This document shows, piece after piece, positions 19,808 through 28,967 of a stretch of 64,000 bases of DNA. Positions within the stretch are counted from its first letter, which is position 1. Each line of letters starts with the position of its first letter. Position numbers and translations under genes: made by a program. Below the pieces are notes generated by a model, which worked only from the letters and a program-made list of their open reading frames with translations, made no database searches and was not told the origin of the DNA. Origin of the DNA: Spirochaetia bacterium (GTDB taxonomy: Bacteria; Spirochaetota; Spirochaetia; SZUA-6; Bin103); contig CBDBDQ010000005.1 of the NCBI GenBank assembly GCA_965203905.1, positions 4,896,001 through 4,960,000 of the forward strand, in the 5' to 3' direction.

Positions 19808-20824
19808 ATGTCTGAGGTTCCACAAGCTCCGAGCGATTATTCAAAGGGACAACTGCCTGTGGAGAGTCCCGATCAAACGTCGTTATTTGAGGATGTACAG
19901 CATCCAGTATCCGTCGCCAACGAGTCGCCTGCTGCCGTCTGGGAGCGAGAAGCAGTTAAGCATGCTTTGGATGAGCTGTTCAGCCTCACTCATCAGTACA
20001 AAGGGAGCCGTGAATACAATAATCTGCTTGAATTTGTCGGACGTTTTCGATCCTACTCACCGTTCAACGCTATGCTGGTTCACGTTCAGATGCCTGGTGC
20101 AAAGTTTGTGGCTCCGCCAAGGCGGTGGCTTGACATATACAAGAGAACGATAAAGCCGGGAGCACGACCGATTATCATTCTGCAACCGATGGGGCCGGTA
20201 ATGTTCGTTTTCGATGTCGGTCAAACAGAGCCGATTGATGGAGATCAGGGTTTGCCGCCTCAGATAGAGAACCCGTTTAGAACGACTGGAAGACAAATTC
20301 GTAAGGGACTCCCACGTGCGATCGAAAACGGAAAACGTGATGGTGTCCGCGTAACGCGCATACTTCAAGGATCTCAAGCGGCTGGTTACATCGTTCGCGT
20401 CGACAAGAGAGTCAGGATATCGCAACCGTTTCAATCAGGATTAGACTCGAACAGAAACCCGATCTTGACGAATATCCCAGTCAAGTACGATCTTGTGGTC
20501 AATGCTGCGTTGAGTGATGAAGAACAGTATGCTACCATCGCTCATGAACTTGCTCACTTGTACTGCGGCCACATTGGCTCTCCGAATCCGAGTTGGTGGC
20601 CTAACCGAATAGGATTGGACACTGTCTTAGCTGAGTTTGAAGCTGAGTCGGTTGCTCACATGGTATGTCAGCGGTTCGGGATACAAAGCCATTCGGAGAA
20701 GTATCTCGTCGGATATCTTGAAACACACCGTCAGATTCCACGCATAAGTCTGGAACTCGTGATGAAGGCGGCGGGACTCATCGAGTCCATGACGAAAGGC
20801 CGGTTGAAGCTACGAAAAGCGTGA
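19808..20824 (+). CDS. ArdC-like N-terminal domain + HExxH zinc metallopeptidase (ImmA/IrrE/MPTase-like)
   Basis: 'FRSYSPFNAMLVHVQMPGAKFVA...W' (ArdC-N-like), 'HELAHLYCGH', 'EFEAESVAHMVC'; visibly lower GC than flanks. Confidence 0.75.
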   Translation: MSEVPQAPSDYSKGQLPVESPDQTSLFEDVQHPVSVANESPAAVWEREAVKHALDELFSLTHQYKGSREYNNLLEFVGRFRSYSPFNAMLVHVQMPGAKFVAPPRRWLDIYKRTIKPGARPIIILQPMGPVMFVFDVGQTEPIDGDQGLPPQIENPFRTTGRQIRKGLPRAIENGKRDGVRVTRILQGSQAAGYIVRVDKRVRISQPFQSGLDSNRNPILTNIPVKYDLVVNAALSDEEQYATIAHELAHLYCGHIGSPNPSWWPNRIGLDTVLAEFEAESVAHMVCQRFGIQSHSEKYLVGYLETHRQIPRISLELVMKAAGLIESMTKGRLKLRKA

Positions 20825-21564
20825 AGACACAAGACAGACTCGTGGGATTCGATCGTAAGGTCCGGCTGAGCTGGTTGGATGCGACCGCGGAGTGGGTCGC
20901 CCAGGGGCTCTCTGTTGCTGATATCCGACTTAGACTCGACCGTCTTCTTGACGGTGAGGTCACGGGAGGAGGCTCTCACACCGCTCGTGGCAAGACGATT
21001 ACGGTGTTGCTACATATTTGGGTGGTTGTACCTGGCGAGATTGTGTCTTTGCGTAACGACGGGCTTGATGTACTTGACGGGCTCGAAGGTCGTCAGCGAG
21101 TGATCGCGCACTGGGGTATGTGTCTGGCGACCTATCCGTTCTTCCGCGACGTGGCTGCGACGACGGGCCGCCTTCTCTCGCTTCAGGGACGGGCGTCGCT
21201 GTCGCAGATCGTCCGACGCGTGTCGGAAGCCTGGGGCGCACGGAGTACAGTGCCGCGGGCGGTACAGCGAGTGATCCGGTCGTTCGTGTCCTGGGGTGTC
21301 CTGGCCGAGACGCCGGTACGGGGGATATACGAACCGGCGCCAAAGATCGCAGTAACACAAAGCAAGATCGGGGCTTGGTTGCTGGAAGCGCGATTGGCAG
21401 ACGAGGGCCTTGGAGGCTGTCCCATCCACACGGTAGCCCGCGACGCGTCGTATTTCCCGTTGGACCTGAGATTGACGGTGCCCGACATAAACCGGAATCC
21501 ACGGCTGGAAGTCGTCCATCAAGGGTTTGACGCCCCGGTCGTTACGTTGAAGCGGACCAGATAG
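20821..21564 (+). CDS. brxA: BREX-3 BrxA-like protein
   Basis: 'VGFDRKVRLSWLD...KTITVLLHIW...HWGMCLATYPFF...WGARSTVPRAVQRVIRSFVSWGVL'; terminal position in the type 3 locus. Confidence 0.82.
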   Translation: MKTQDRLVGFDRKVRLSWLDATAEWVAQGLSVADIRLRLDRLLDGEVTGGGSHTARGKTITVLLHIWVVVPGEIVSLRNDGLDVLDGLEGRQRVIAHWGMCLATYPFFRDVAATTGRLLSLQGRASLSQIVRRVSEAWGARSTVPRAVQRVIRSFVSWGVLAETPVRGIYEPAPKIAVTQSKIGAWLLEARLADEGLGGCPIHTVARDASYFPLDLRLTVPDINRNPRLEVVHQGFDAPVVTLKRTR

Positions 21565-22020
21565 CCCGCTACGTGCAGACCGTCCGCCAGGATGAGCGGG
21601 CTCCGTGTCGAGATGTCGTGCACACCAATCGTCGGAAGGAGCGACACGCATCGCAAGCGACCATTACGAGGTTGGTCACTGACCAACCTGTTTGCTCACG
21701 AGGAGCTTGGTCACTCCTTGTTCCGGGGTTGGTCACTGCCCCGGCGCCGGCGAGGTGCGGATTGCAGGTCTGGCTGTGACCCGAAGGCGGCGGCCAGCGT
21801 CTTGCGCTGGTCGGTGTTGAGCAGTTCGCGCGGGCTGAGTTCCAGCACCACGGTCTTGGCCCCGGATGGATCGCCGTCGCCTCGCGGAGCAGATCTTCGT
21901 CGAGGTAGATGGATCTCCATGAGGAGATGGTGGCCCGGAAGTGTGGAGTCGCTCAATGCGCCCCTTTGGGTTGGCCTCGGTTGGTACCGGCGCAGCCCCC
22001 GACCCGAGCGGTCGTTCCTT
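21547..22020 (+). repeat. Diverged ~480 bp direct repeat, copy 1
   Basis: Aligns by eye with 24087-24575 from TTGAAGCGGAC onward. Confidence 0.9.
21711..21920 (-). pseudogene. Frameshifted VapB-type (RHH) antitoxin remnant
   Basis: Across frameshifts reads 'SIYLDEDLLREATAIHPG..KTVVLELSPRELLNTDQRKTLAAAFGSQPDLQSAPRRR', resembling DUF2191/VapB. Confidence 0.55.
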
Positions 22021-22037
22021 GACTACGTTTCCGTCTA

Positions 22038-22628
22038 ATGATAGTATTTTCTCTCGATATGGTGGATAATCAAACGCATATTAGCCTATTGGGTACCGGC
22101 GAATTGTCTTTGTCGGTTAAAGAATTTCAAGATGAAATAGGATACGACGGACTCACAGTAAAGCGTAGACATCGAGATGAGTGGCCAGTACATGCCGGAT
22201 TAGAAGCATATCTTCCAACTCTGGTATTGCTTGTCATAGGCAGTGCATATTTCAGGAGCTTTCTACAACAGGCGGGCAAGGACCACGCGGTCATTTTGAC
22301 CCGTGCACTTGAGAGACTCTCAAAGAAGCTCTTTCATAGAGAAAAGGACGCAGCTATCGTTGGCCGGGACAAAACGAATAAACCAGACTACTCATTCCTT
22401 TTTTCTGTTTGGGCCAGTGTCAACAAATGCACAGTAAAGTTCATATTTAAGACGCGATGTTCGGACGAAGAATATGCGGCGACCGGAATAGCCGCGATAG
22501 AGTTCTTGAATGAGTACCATACTGGCGGAAATTTGGCAAAATACCGGGCGATCATTGACGCGACTGAAGATCACACACAAATCGTGGTTGCATACGATTA
22601 TGATTCCGACTCACTATATCTCTTGTGA
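22038..22628 (+). CDS. Hypothetical protein, low GC, one hydrophobic segment
   Basis: 196 aa ORF in an AT-rich stretch; no recognised family. Confidence 0.55.
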   Translation: MIVFSLDMVDNQTHISLLGTGELSLSVKEFQDEIGYDGLTVKRRHRDEWPVHAGLEAYLPTLVLLVIGSAYFRSFLQQAGKDHAVILTRALERLSKKLFHREKDAAIVGRDKTNKPDYSFLFSVWASVNKCTVKFIFKTRCSDEEYAATGIAAIEFLNEYHTGGNLAKYRAIIDATEDHTQIVVAYDYDSDSLYLL

Positions 22629-23099
22629 CCTTTCATCCCACCCTATCAACCCTATTGCCCCAATGCCAACATATACGACGTTAATCAGAGGGAGGCGGCC
22701 CCACGGTAAACCCGTAGCGTTGCTTATAATTGCGCTACCGTGGTGACGCTCGATGGCGCGCGGAGTCAACCCTGCGACCGGTTCTTCATTGGCTGCACCC
22801 GCTCAACGATTGTCGATAGTGCCTGGAACCTGAGGTCCGTCCTAATAGCTCTATGGGACCGCAGGGGTTCGACTGGAAAAAGAGGTCGAAAAAATGACGG
22901 AAGCTCTGAAAGACGCAATCGGTCACTAGGAAGGATGCCCAATGAATGGATGCCGAATCTGCGAAGCACGTCCATCTGCGCTTGACACAGTAAGCGGGTG
23001 GCGAATCCAGGTATTGATGGCGGTGACGGCGGCGGACGGGCAACAGGGAGGAGCGCGAGACACTCGGCGCGGGTGCGGGCATGGCTGAGAACGCGTCGC

Positions 23100-23438
23100 T
23101 CACGACGCGAAGGAATGATCCGGTCGTGTATCGCCGGCATCCTCGCCAAGTGCCCTGACCACCGCCTCAGGGTCATGATCGATGACGGTCAGCAGCACCC
23201 GGGCTGCCCGATCGGGAACGCGCCGACCCTGTTCCCATTCCTGAAGAGCCCTCACATCGAGACCGAAGCGATCGGCGAACTTCTGCCGGCTCAGCCGCAA
23301 CCGCTTGCGGAGCGCGACAATCCGGCTGGCGGCGGGATTGTCGACGAACCGACACGACAGACCCGTCTCACCACGAACATGGGCGAGAACCTCGCCCAGA
23401 GCCGTTTCGATCTCACATCCAAGATCGGTGCGTTCCAT
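23100..23438 (-). CDS. HigA/NadS-like HTH antitoxin
   Basis: 'LRKRLRLSRQKFADRFGLDVRALQEWEQGRRVPDRAARVLL' XRE HTH directly downstream of the toxin. Confidence 0.88.
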   Translation of the reverse strand: MERTDLGCEIETALGEVLAHVRGETGLSCRFVDNPAASRIVALRKRLRLSRQKFADRFGLDVRALQEWEQGRRVPDRAARVLLTVIDHDPEAVVRALGEDAGDTRPDHSFAS

Positions 23439-23440
23439 CG

Positions 23441-23770
23441 TCACTTTTCCTGGTACTCCTTCTTGATAGCGGCAACCAGACGCGTCAACGCCTTGGTGTC
23501 CGCCGGGGTCAGATCCTCGCGATCCGCCTTCGCATAAGCCGTCAGCAAATAGATGGCGTCGGGGCCAGCCTGATAGAAGACCGTACGAATGCCCCCTCGC
23601 TTCCCACGACCGGAACCGGCCCATCGCAGCTTACGGATGCCGCCGGTCCCCCGGATGACCGGCGCTGCATCGGGGGCTGCGACAATCGAGTCCTCCATCT
23701 CTCTGCGGGCCTCTTCCTCGAGCAGCTTGCGAATGGCACGCACGTACGTGCTCGTGGAGAAGACCTGCAC
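23441..23770 (-). CDS. RelE/HigB-family toxin
   Basis: 'IRGTGGIRKLRWAGSGRGKRGGIRTVFY...YLLTAYAK' signature; toxin-first order. Confidence 0.88.
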   Translation of the reverse strand: MQVFSTSTYVRAIRKLLEEEARREMEDSIVAAPDAAPVIRGTGGIRKLRWAGSGRGKRGGIRTVFYQAGPDAIYLLTAYAKADREDLTPADTKALTRLVAAIKKEYQEK

Positions 23771-24086
23771 CGTTCAGAAATATGCGGCATTGCCGCAGTC
23801 ATATGCAAGCGCTCGCAGCGGTGCCCGGGAACGCCCAGGACGTCGACTAACGCGACACCTCGCTGGCGTTCTCTAATCTCGCCGCCTCCTGGATTCCAGC
23901 GACGAGCCTTCTTGGGCCCGGGAGGAAGCCATCGCCGTATGAAGCTGCCTCGCGTTCTTGCGGGCAGTGAGGTCGCCGGATTGCTGGGGCGGCACTACGG
24001 CTAACCACGTGACCGCTGAGTTGACAGTCGGCGGCAGCACCCACCGCGTAACTGTGCCTCGACACGCCGATGTCCGCGGGGCGGGC

Positions 24087-24575
24087 TTGAAGCGGACAAT
24101 ATAGCCGCTACGTCCGTGGCGTTTGCCAGAAAATGAATGGGCTCCGTGTCGAGAGGGCGTGTGCACCAATCGTCGGACGGAGCGACACGCATCGCAAGCG
24201 ACAGTTTACGAGGTTGGTCACAGGTTGGTCACTGACCAACTGTTGGCTCACGAGCAGCTTGGTCACTCCTTATCCCGAGGTTGGTCACTGCCCCGGCGCC
24301 GGCGAGGTGAGGATCGCAGGTCTGGCTGTGACCCGAAGGCGTCGGCCAGTGTCTTGCGCTGGTCGGTGTTGAGCAGTTCGCGCGGGCTGAGTTCCAGCAC
24401 CACGGTCTTGGCCCCGGATGGATCGCCGTCGCCTCGCGGAGCAGATCTTCGTCGAGGTAGATGGATCTTCATGAAGAGATGGTGGCCCGGAAGAGTGGGG
24501 TTGCTCAATGCGCCCTTTGGGTTGGCCTCGGTCGGTACGGGCGCAGCCTCCCGCCCCGACCGATTGTTCGCTTGC
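24087..24575 (+). repeat. Diverged ~480 bp direct repeat, copy 2 (vapB remnant at 24263-24472)
   Basis: Aligns with 21547-22020; has one extra AGGTTGGTCAC unit. Confidence 0.9.
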
Positions 24576-24660
24576 CCGGCGGGGGCGGTTGGGGTTAGGC
24601 TGCGCCGGCAATTCGACGGGCAGGGCCGGGGCCGGTCCGCCCATGTGAAAAGGAGTAGCT

Positions 24661-26577
24661 ATGAGGATTACCGCGATGCGGACGGGGTTGCTGGCGTTGG
24701 TGCTGGCGGTGCTGGCCGGGGGCGCCGGGTGGGCGCAGATGTACAACGAGGCGCCGATGCTGGCGGCGATGGTGGCGGCGGGCGAGCTGCCGCCGGTGGA
24801 CGAGCGGCTGCCGAGCAACCCGCTGGTGGTGGAGCCGTTCGACTCGATCGGCACCTACGGCGGCACGGTACGGATGATGGACGTGTCGGACCGCATGTCG
24901 ATCGGCCTGCGGGTGCGCCACACCGGGCTGTTCCGGTACAACCAGACCGCCAGCCAGTTCGAGCCGGACCTGGCCGAGAGCCACGCCTGGTCGAACAACA
25001 ACCGCACCCTCACCCTGAAGCTGCGCGACGGGCTGCGCTGGTCGGACGGCGAGCCGTTCACCACCGCCGACCTGATGTTCAAGTGGGAGCACGAGATCAT
25101 CAACGAGGAGATCCACCCGCGCGGCATCGATCCGTTCTGGACCCTGGGCGGCGAGCGCGCCGTGTGGGAGCCGCTCGACGACACTACGCTGCGCATCACC
25201 TGGGCAGCCCCCAACCCGGTGGCCATGGACCGCTTCGGGCGCACCCACTTCTCCGGCGACAACTCGCTGTTCCTGCCGGCCCACTACCTGGAGCAGTTCC
25301 ACGCCGACTTCAACGACGACGCGGCTTCTCTGGCCGCCGAGCTCGGCTTCGAGGACTGGATCAAGATGTTCAACGACCGCCGCGCGCAGGGCTACAACCA
25401 GTCCGCGGTGACCGTCGGGCGCCCCTACATGGACTTCCACGTGCCGGAGGTGGTGGAGAGCAACCGCGTGCTGCTGGTGCGCAATCCCTACTATCACCAC
25501 GTCGACACGGCCAACAACCAGTTGCCCTACGTCGACCGCCTGGAGATTACCCACGTCGGCGACAAGCAGCTCTACGACCTGAAGGCTTCGGCCGGCGAGG
25601 CGGACTTCGTGGCCTACTACACCGGCGCACCGAGCCTGCCCACCTACAAGGCGGGCGAGGCGCAGGGCGACTACCAGACCGTGATCGCGCAGTCGCTGCG
25701 CACCGCCGAGCTGGTGATGTTCATCAACATGAACTACCCGGATCCGCTGCTCAACGAGCTGTTCAACGACCGCGATTTCCGCATCGCCCTGTCGGTGGCG
25801 CTGAACCGCGACCAGATGAACGAGATCGTGTTCTTCGGCCTCGGCGACCCACACCCGGCCACGCCGCTGAACACCATGGAGTTCTTTGACCGAGCCTGGT
25901 ACAACGACAACCTGGCCTACGATCCGGACCGCGCCAACCGGCTGCTCGACGCTGCCGGACTCGACCAGCGCGACGCCGACGGCTTCCGGGTGCGCCCGGA
26001 CGACGGCAAGCGCCTGAACCTGGTAATCGAGATCGGCGTGCTGGAGGGGCCGAAGCAGGCGATCTGCGAGCTGATCTCCAACGACTGGCGCCAGGTCGGC
26101 ATCGAGGGCGCCTGCAAGCTGGTGGACGGCGCCCTGCAGAGCGAGCGCCTGGACGCCAACGAGACCGCCATCACCGCCTGGCACCTGGGCCGCACCACGC
26201 TGCTCGGGCGCGGCACGCCGGACCAGTTCGCGTTCGAGCGCTGCGGCGCCAACAACTGGGGCCGGCAGTGGTGCTTCTGGTTCGTGTCGGGCGGCCAGAG
26301 CGGCACCGAGCCCCCGGCCGAGATCAAGGCGCTGAACGAGCGCTGGCAGGCGTTCAAGCAGGCCGCCACCGGCACCCCCGACGCGGCGCGGCTGGGCAAG
26401 GCGTACTTCGCCTTCTTCGCCGACGAGTTGCCGATGATCCCGACCATCGGGCTGGCCCCGCATCCGGTAATCATCCACAACCGCCTGAAGAACGTGCCCG
26501 CCGACAACATCTTCTGGGGCTCCGACACCAACTTCTACGCCCCCTACAAGCCGGAGCAATGGTATATCGCGGAGTAG
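24661..26577 (+). CDS. ABC transporter substrate-binding protein, family 5
   Basis: Signal peptide, 'YNEAPML...GELPPVDERLP', 'WSDGEPFT', 'NQLPYVD'; AGGAG RBS. Confidence 0.92.
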   Translation: MRITAMRTGLLALVLAVLAGGAGWAQMYNEAPMLAAMVAAGELPPVDERLPSNPLVVEPFDSIGTYGGTVRMMDVSDRMSIGLRVRHTGLFRYNQTASQFEPDLAESHAWSNNNRTLTLKLRDGLRWSDGEPFTTADLMFKWEHEIINEEIHPRGIDPFWTLGGERAVWEPLDDTTLRITWAAPNPVAMDRFGRTHFSGDNSLFLPAHYLEQFHADFNDDAASLAAELGFEDWIKMFNDRRAQGYNQSAVTVGRPYMDFHVPEVVESNRVLLVRNPYYHHVDTANNQLPYVDRLEITHVGDKQLYDLKASAGEADFVAYYTGAPSLPTYKAGEAQGDYQTVIAQSLRTAELVMFINMNYPDPLLNELFNDRDFRIALSVALNRDQMNEIVFFGLGDPHPATPLNTMEFFDRAWYNDNLAYDPDRANRLLDAAGLDQRDADGFRVRPDDGKRLNLVIEIGVLEGPKQAICELISNDWRQVGIEGACKLVDGALQSERLDANETAITAWHLGRTTLLGRGTPDQFAFERCGANNWGRQWCFWFVSGGQSGTEPPAEIKALNERWQAFKQAATGTPDAARLGKAYFAFFADELPMIPTIGLAPHPVIIHNRLKNVPADNIFWGSDTNFYAPYKPEQWYIAE

Positions 26578-26592
26578 CGACTCTCTGACACG

Positions 26593-26627
26593 GGAGAATG
26601 GGCGGCGCGCGACGCCGTCCATTCTCC
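26593..26627 (+). promoter_or_regulatory. Stem-loop after the SBP gene (mRNA stabiliser/attenuator-like)
   Basis: GGAGAATGGGCGGCG-loop-CGCCGTCCATTCTCC inverted repeat. Confidence 0.55.
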
Positions 26628-26644
26628 GCTCGTGCGCCGGCTAA

Positions 26645-27640
26645 GTGAACTACACCTCCTACCTGGTCCGCCGCCTGCTCTACATGGTCGTCACCGTGGT
26701 GGCGATCAGCGCGGCGATCTTCGTGGTGATCCAACTGCCGCCGGGCGACGCCGTGGACGCCATCGTGGCCGAGCGCGAGGCGCAAGGTGACGTGGTCACG
26801 GACGAGGACGAGCGCGAGCTGCGCAGCCTGTACGGCCTGGACCGGCCGATGGTGGTGCAGTACGGCGACTGGGTGATCCGGTTCCTGACCGGCAACATGG
26901 GGCGCTCGATCCGCGGCCTGCCGGTGAGCGGCCTGATTACCGAACGGCTCGGCGCCACCGTGATGCTGTCGCTGGTCAGCATCCTGTTCACCTACCTGGT
27001 GGCGATCCCGATCGGCATCTACAGCGCCACCCACCAGTACAGCTTCAGCGACTACGCGCTCACCACGTTCGGCTTCATGGGCCTGGCGACGCCCAACTTC
27101 CTGCTGGCGCTGATCCTGCTGTACCTGTTCTACCGCTTCTTCGGGCTCAGCATCGGCGGCTTCTACTCGCCGGGCATGGAGGAGCAGCCGTGGAGCCCGG
27201 CCAAGCTGCTCGACCTGATCGGCCACCTGTGGATACCGGTGGTCGTGATCGGCACCGCGGCGACCGCCGGCACCATCCGGGTGATGCGCGCCACGGTGCT
27301 CGACGAGCTGGGCAAGCAGTACGTGATCACGGCGCAGGCCAAGGGCCTTGCGTGGCGCCCGCTGCTGATGAAGTACCCGGTGCGGCTGGCGCTGAACCCG
27401 ATCGTGAGCACGGTGGGCGGCATCCTGCCGGAGCTGATCGCCGGCCAGACCATCGTCGCCATCGTGCTGAACCTGCCGACGCTCGGCCCGCTGCTGTTCA
27501 CGGCGCTGCGCTCGCAGGACATCAACCTGGCGGCGAGCGTGCTGATGATGCAGAGCGTGCTGGCCGTGATCGGCGTGCTGGTGTCCGACGTCCTGCTGGT
27601 GGTGGTGGACCCGCGCATCCGCTTCGAGAAGGGCGGCTGA
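26645..27640 (+). CDS. ABC permease (DppB/OppB-like)
   Basis: 'QLPPGD', 'ATPNFLL', 'LDELGKQYVITAQAKG', 'DPRIR'. Confidence 0.92.
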   Translation: MNYTSYLVRRLLYMVVTVVAISAAIFVVIQLPPGDAVDAIVAEREAQGDVVTDEDERELRSLYGLDRPMVVQYGDWVIRFLTGNMGRSIRGLPVSGLITERLGATVMLSLVSILFTYLVAIPIGIYSATHQYSFSDYALTTFGFMGLATPNFLLALILLYLFYRFFGLSIGGFYSPGMEEQPWSPAKLLDLIGHLWIPVVVIGTAATAGTIRVMRATVLDELGKQYVITAQAKGLAWRPLLMKYPVRLALNPIVSTVGGILPELIAGQTIVAIVLNLPTLGPLLFTALRSQDINLAASVLMMQSVLAVIGVLVSDVLLVVVDPRIRFEKGG

Positions 27641-27641
27641 G

Positions 27642-28814
27642 ATGGATCGATCCGGGCAGGCGGATGAGCGTGCCGCAACCGCCGCAGCGGTGACCGATAC
27701 CGCTCCCGAGACCAGCGCCGAGGAACGCTACTTCATCGCTTCGCAGCGCCAGTTGATGTGGCGCAAGTTCAAGAAGCACCGCCTGGCCGTGGTCTCGGGC
27801 GTGATCCTGGTAATCGCCTACCTGGCCGCGTTTGCGTTCGAGTTCTGCGCGCCCTACGGTCCGCTGACCCAGCACGAGGGGTTCGTGAACGCGCCGCCGA
27901 CGCGCATCCGCCTGTTCGACCCCGACGGCCGCCTGCGCGCGCCGTTCGTGTACGGGCTCAGCGGCAAGGTGAACATGGAGACCTTTCAGCGCGAGTTCGT
28001 GGAGGACACCGCGATCATCCATCCGCTGCGCTTCTTCGCGCCCGGCGAGGGGTACCGCTTCTGGGGCAGCTTCGACGCCAGCCGCCACCTGTTCGACGCC
28101 GGCGAGGGGCGCATCTTCCTGCTCGGCACCGACGCCCTCGGCCGCGACGTGTTCTCGCGCGTCATGGCCGGCAGCCGCATCAGCCTGACCATCGGCCTGA
28201 TCGGGGTGCTGATCAGCTTCGTGCTCGGTTGCATCCTGGGCGGCGTGTCCGGCTACTTCGGCGGCGTGCCCGACCTGGTGATCCAGCGCGTCATCGAGTT
28301 CCTGGGGGCGATTCCGAACATCCCGCTGTGGATGGCGCTGACCGCGGTGATCCCGGTCAACTGGCCGGTGATTCGCGTCTACTTCGCCATCACCATTATC
28401 CTGAGCGTGCTGAACTGGACCGGCCTGTCGCGGGTGGTGCGCGGCAAGCTGCTGGAGCTGCGCGAGTACGACTACGTGACCGCCGCCAAGCTGGCCGGCT
28501 CGCGTACCGGGGCGATCATCACCACCCACCTGCTGCCCGGCTTCCTGAGCTACCTGATCGTGCGCCTGACGCTGGCGATTCCGGGCATGATCCTGGGCGA
28601 GACGGCGCTGAGCTTCCTGGGACTGGGCATCCAGCCGCCGGCGGTGAGCTGGGGCACGCTGCTGCAGGGGGCGCAGAACGTGACCAATATCGCCATCTAT
28701 CCGTGGCTGCTGACGCCGGCCCTGTTCGTGGTGGCCACGGTGCTGCTCTACAATTTCGTCGGCGACGGGTTGCGCGATGCCGCCGATCCCTACGCCATGA
28801 GCGGCAGGGGGTAG
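27642..28814 (+). CDS. ABC permease (DppC/OppC-like)
   Basis: 'LGTDALGRDVFSR', 'ETALSFLGLG', 'GDGLRDAADP'. Confidence 0.92.
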   Translation: MDRSGQADERAATAAAVTDTAPETSAEERYFIASQRQLMWRKFKKHRLAVVSGVILVIAYLAAFAFEFCAPYGPLTQHEGFVNAPPTRIRLFDPDGRLRAPFVYGLSGKVNMETFQREFVEDTAIIHPLRFFAPGEGYRFWGSFDASRHLFDAGEGRIFLLGTDALGRDVFSRVMAGSRISLTIGLIGVLISFVLGCILGGVSGYFGGVPDLVIQRVIEFLGAIPNIPLWMALTAVIPVNWPVIRVYFAITIILSVLNWTGLSRVVRGKLLELREYDYVTAAKLAGSRTGAIITTHLLPGFLSYLIVRLTLAIPGMILGETALSFLGLGIQPPAVSWGTLLQGAQNVTNIAIYPWLLTPALFVVATVLLYNFVGDGLRDAADPYAMSGRG

Positions 28815-28857
28815 GGGAGTTGAGGCACCTCAGCTCCAAATGGCCGCCGCGACCTCT

Positions 28858-28915
28858 GGTGGCTCAGAGGTTCTTCATGCAAGGCATCAACCTCGCGGGT
28901 GCACGGAAAGCGTAG
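28858..28915 (+). pseudogene. C-terminal remnant of a carbohydrate ABC permease
   Basis: 'VAQRFFMQGINLAGARKA*' resembles a CUT1 permease tail. Confidence 0.45.
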
Positions 28916-28967
28916 ATTGGCGCGTGCAACGCCAGGGGCCACCAGATAGTGCCGGCGCGCCCCTCGG

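Larger units (their letters stand above)
55..21564 (+). other. Type 3 BREX defence locus with five inserted accessory genes
   Basis: Order brxF, brxC (DUF6079), pglXI, brxHII, pglZ, brxA matches the type 3 BREX architecture; all genes on + strand, many with 4-nt stop/start overlaps. Confidence 0.92.

Noticed and set aside
21711-21956. 81-aa ORF present in both repeat copies as a novel small protein
   Set aside because: Better explained as a frameshifted vapB-like remnant; many differences between the copies change amino acids.
22630-24080. Integron cassette array around the TA pair
   Set aside because: No integrase and no convincing attC R''/R' pairs could be identified by eye.
21670-24288. 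TTGGTCAC arrays as a CRISPR array
   Set aside because: Repeats are only 8-11 bp with unequal spacing, and there are no cas genes.
24123-26622. ORFs 24123..25889 (+) and 24595..26622 (-)
   Set aside because: Alternative-frame and antisense shadows of the SBP gene, low-complexity Arg/Gly/Ala-rich.
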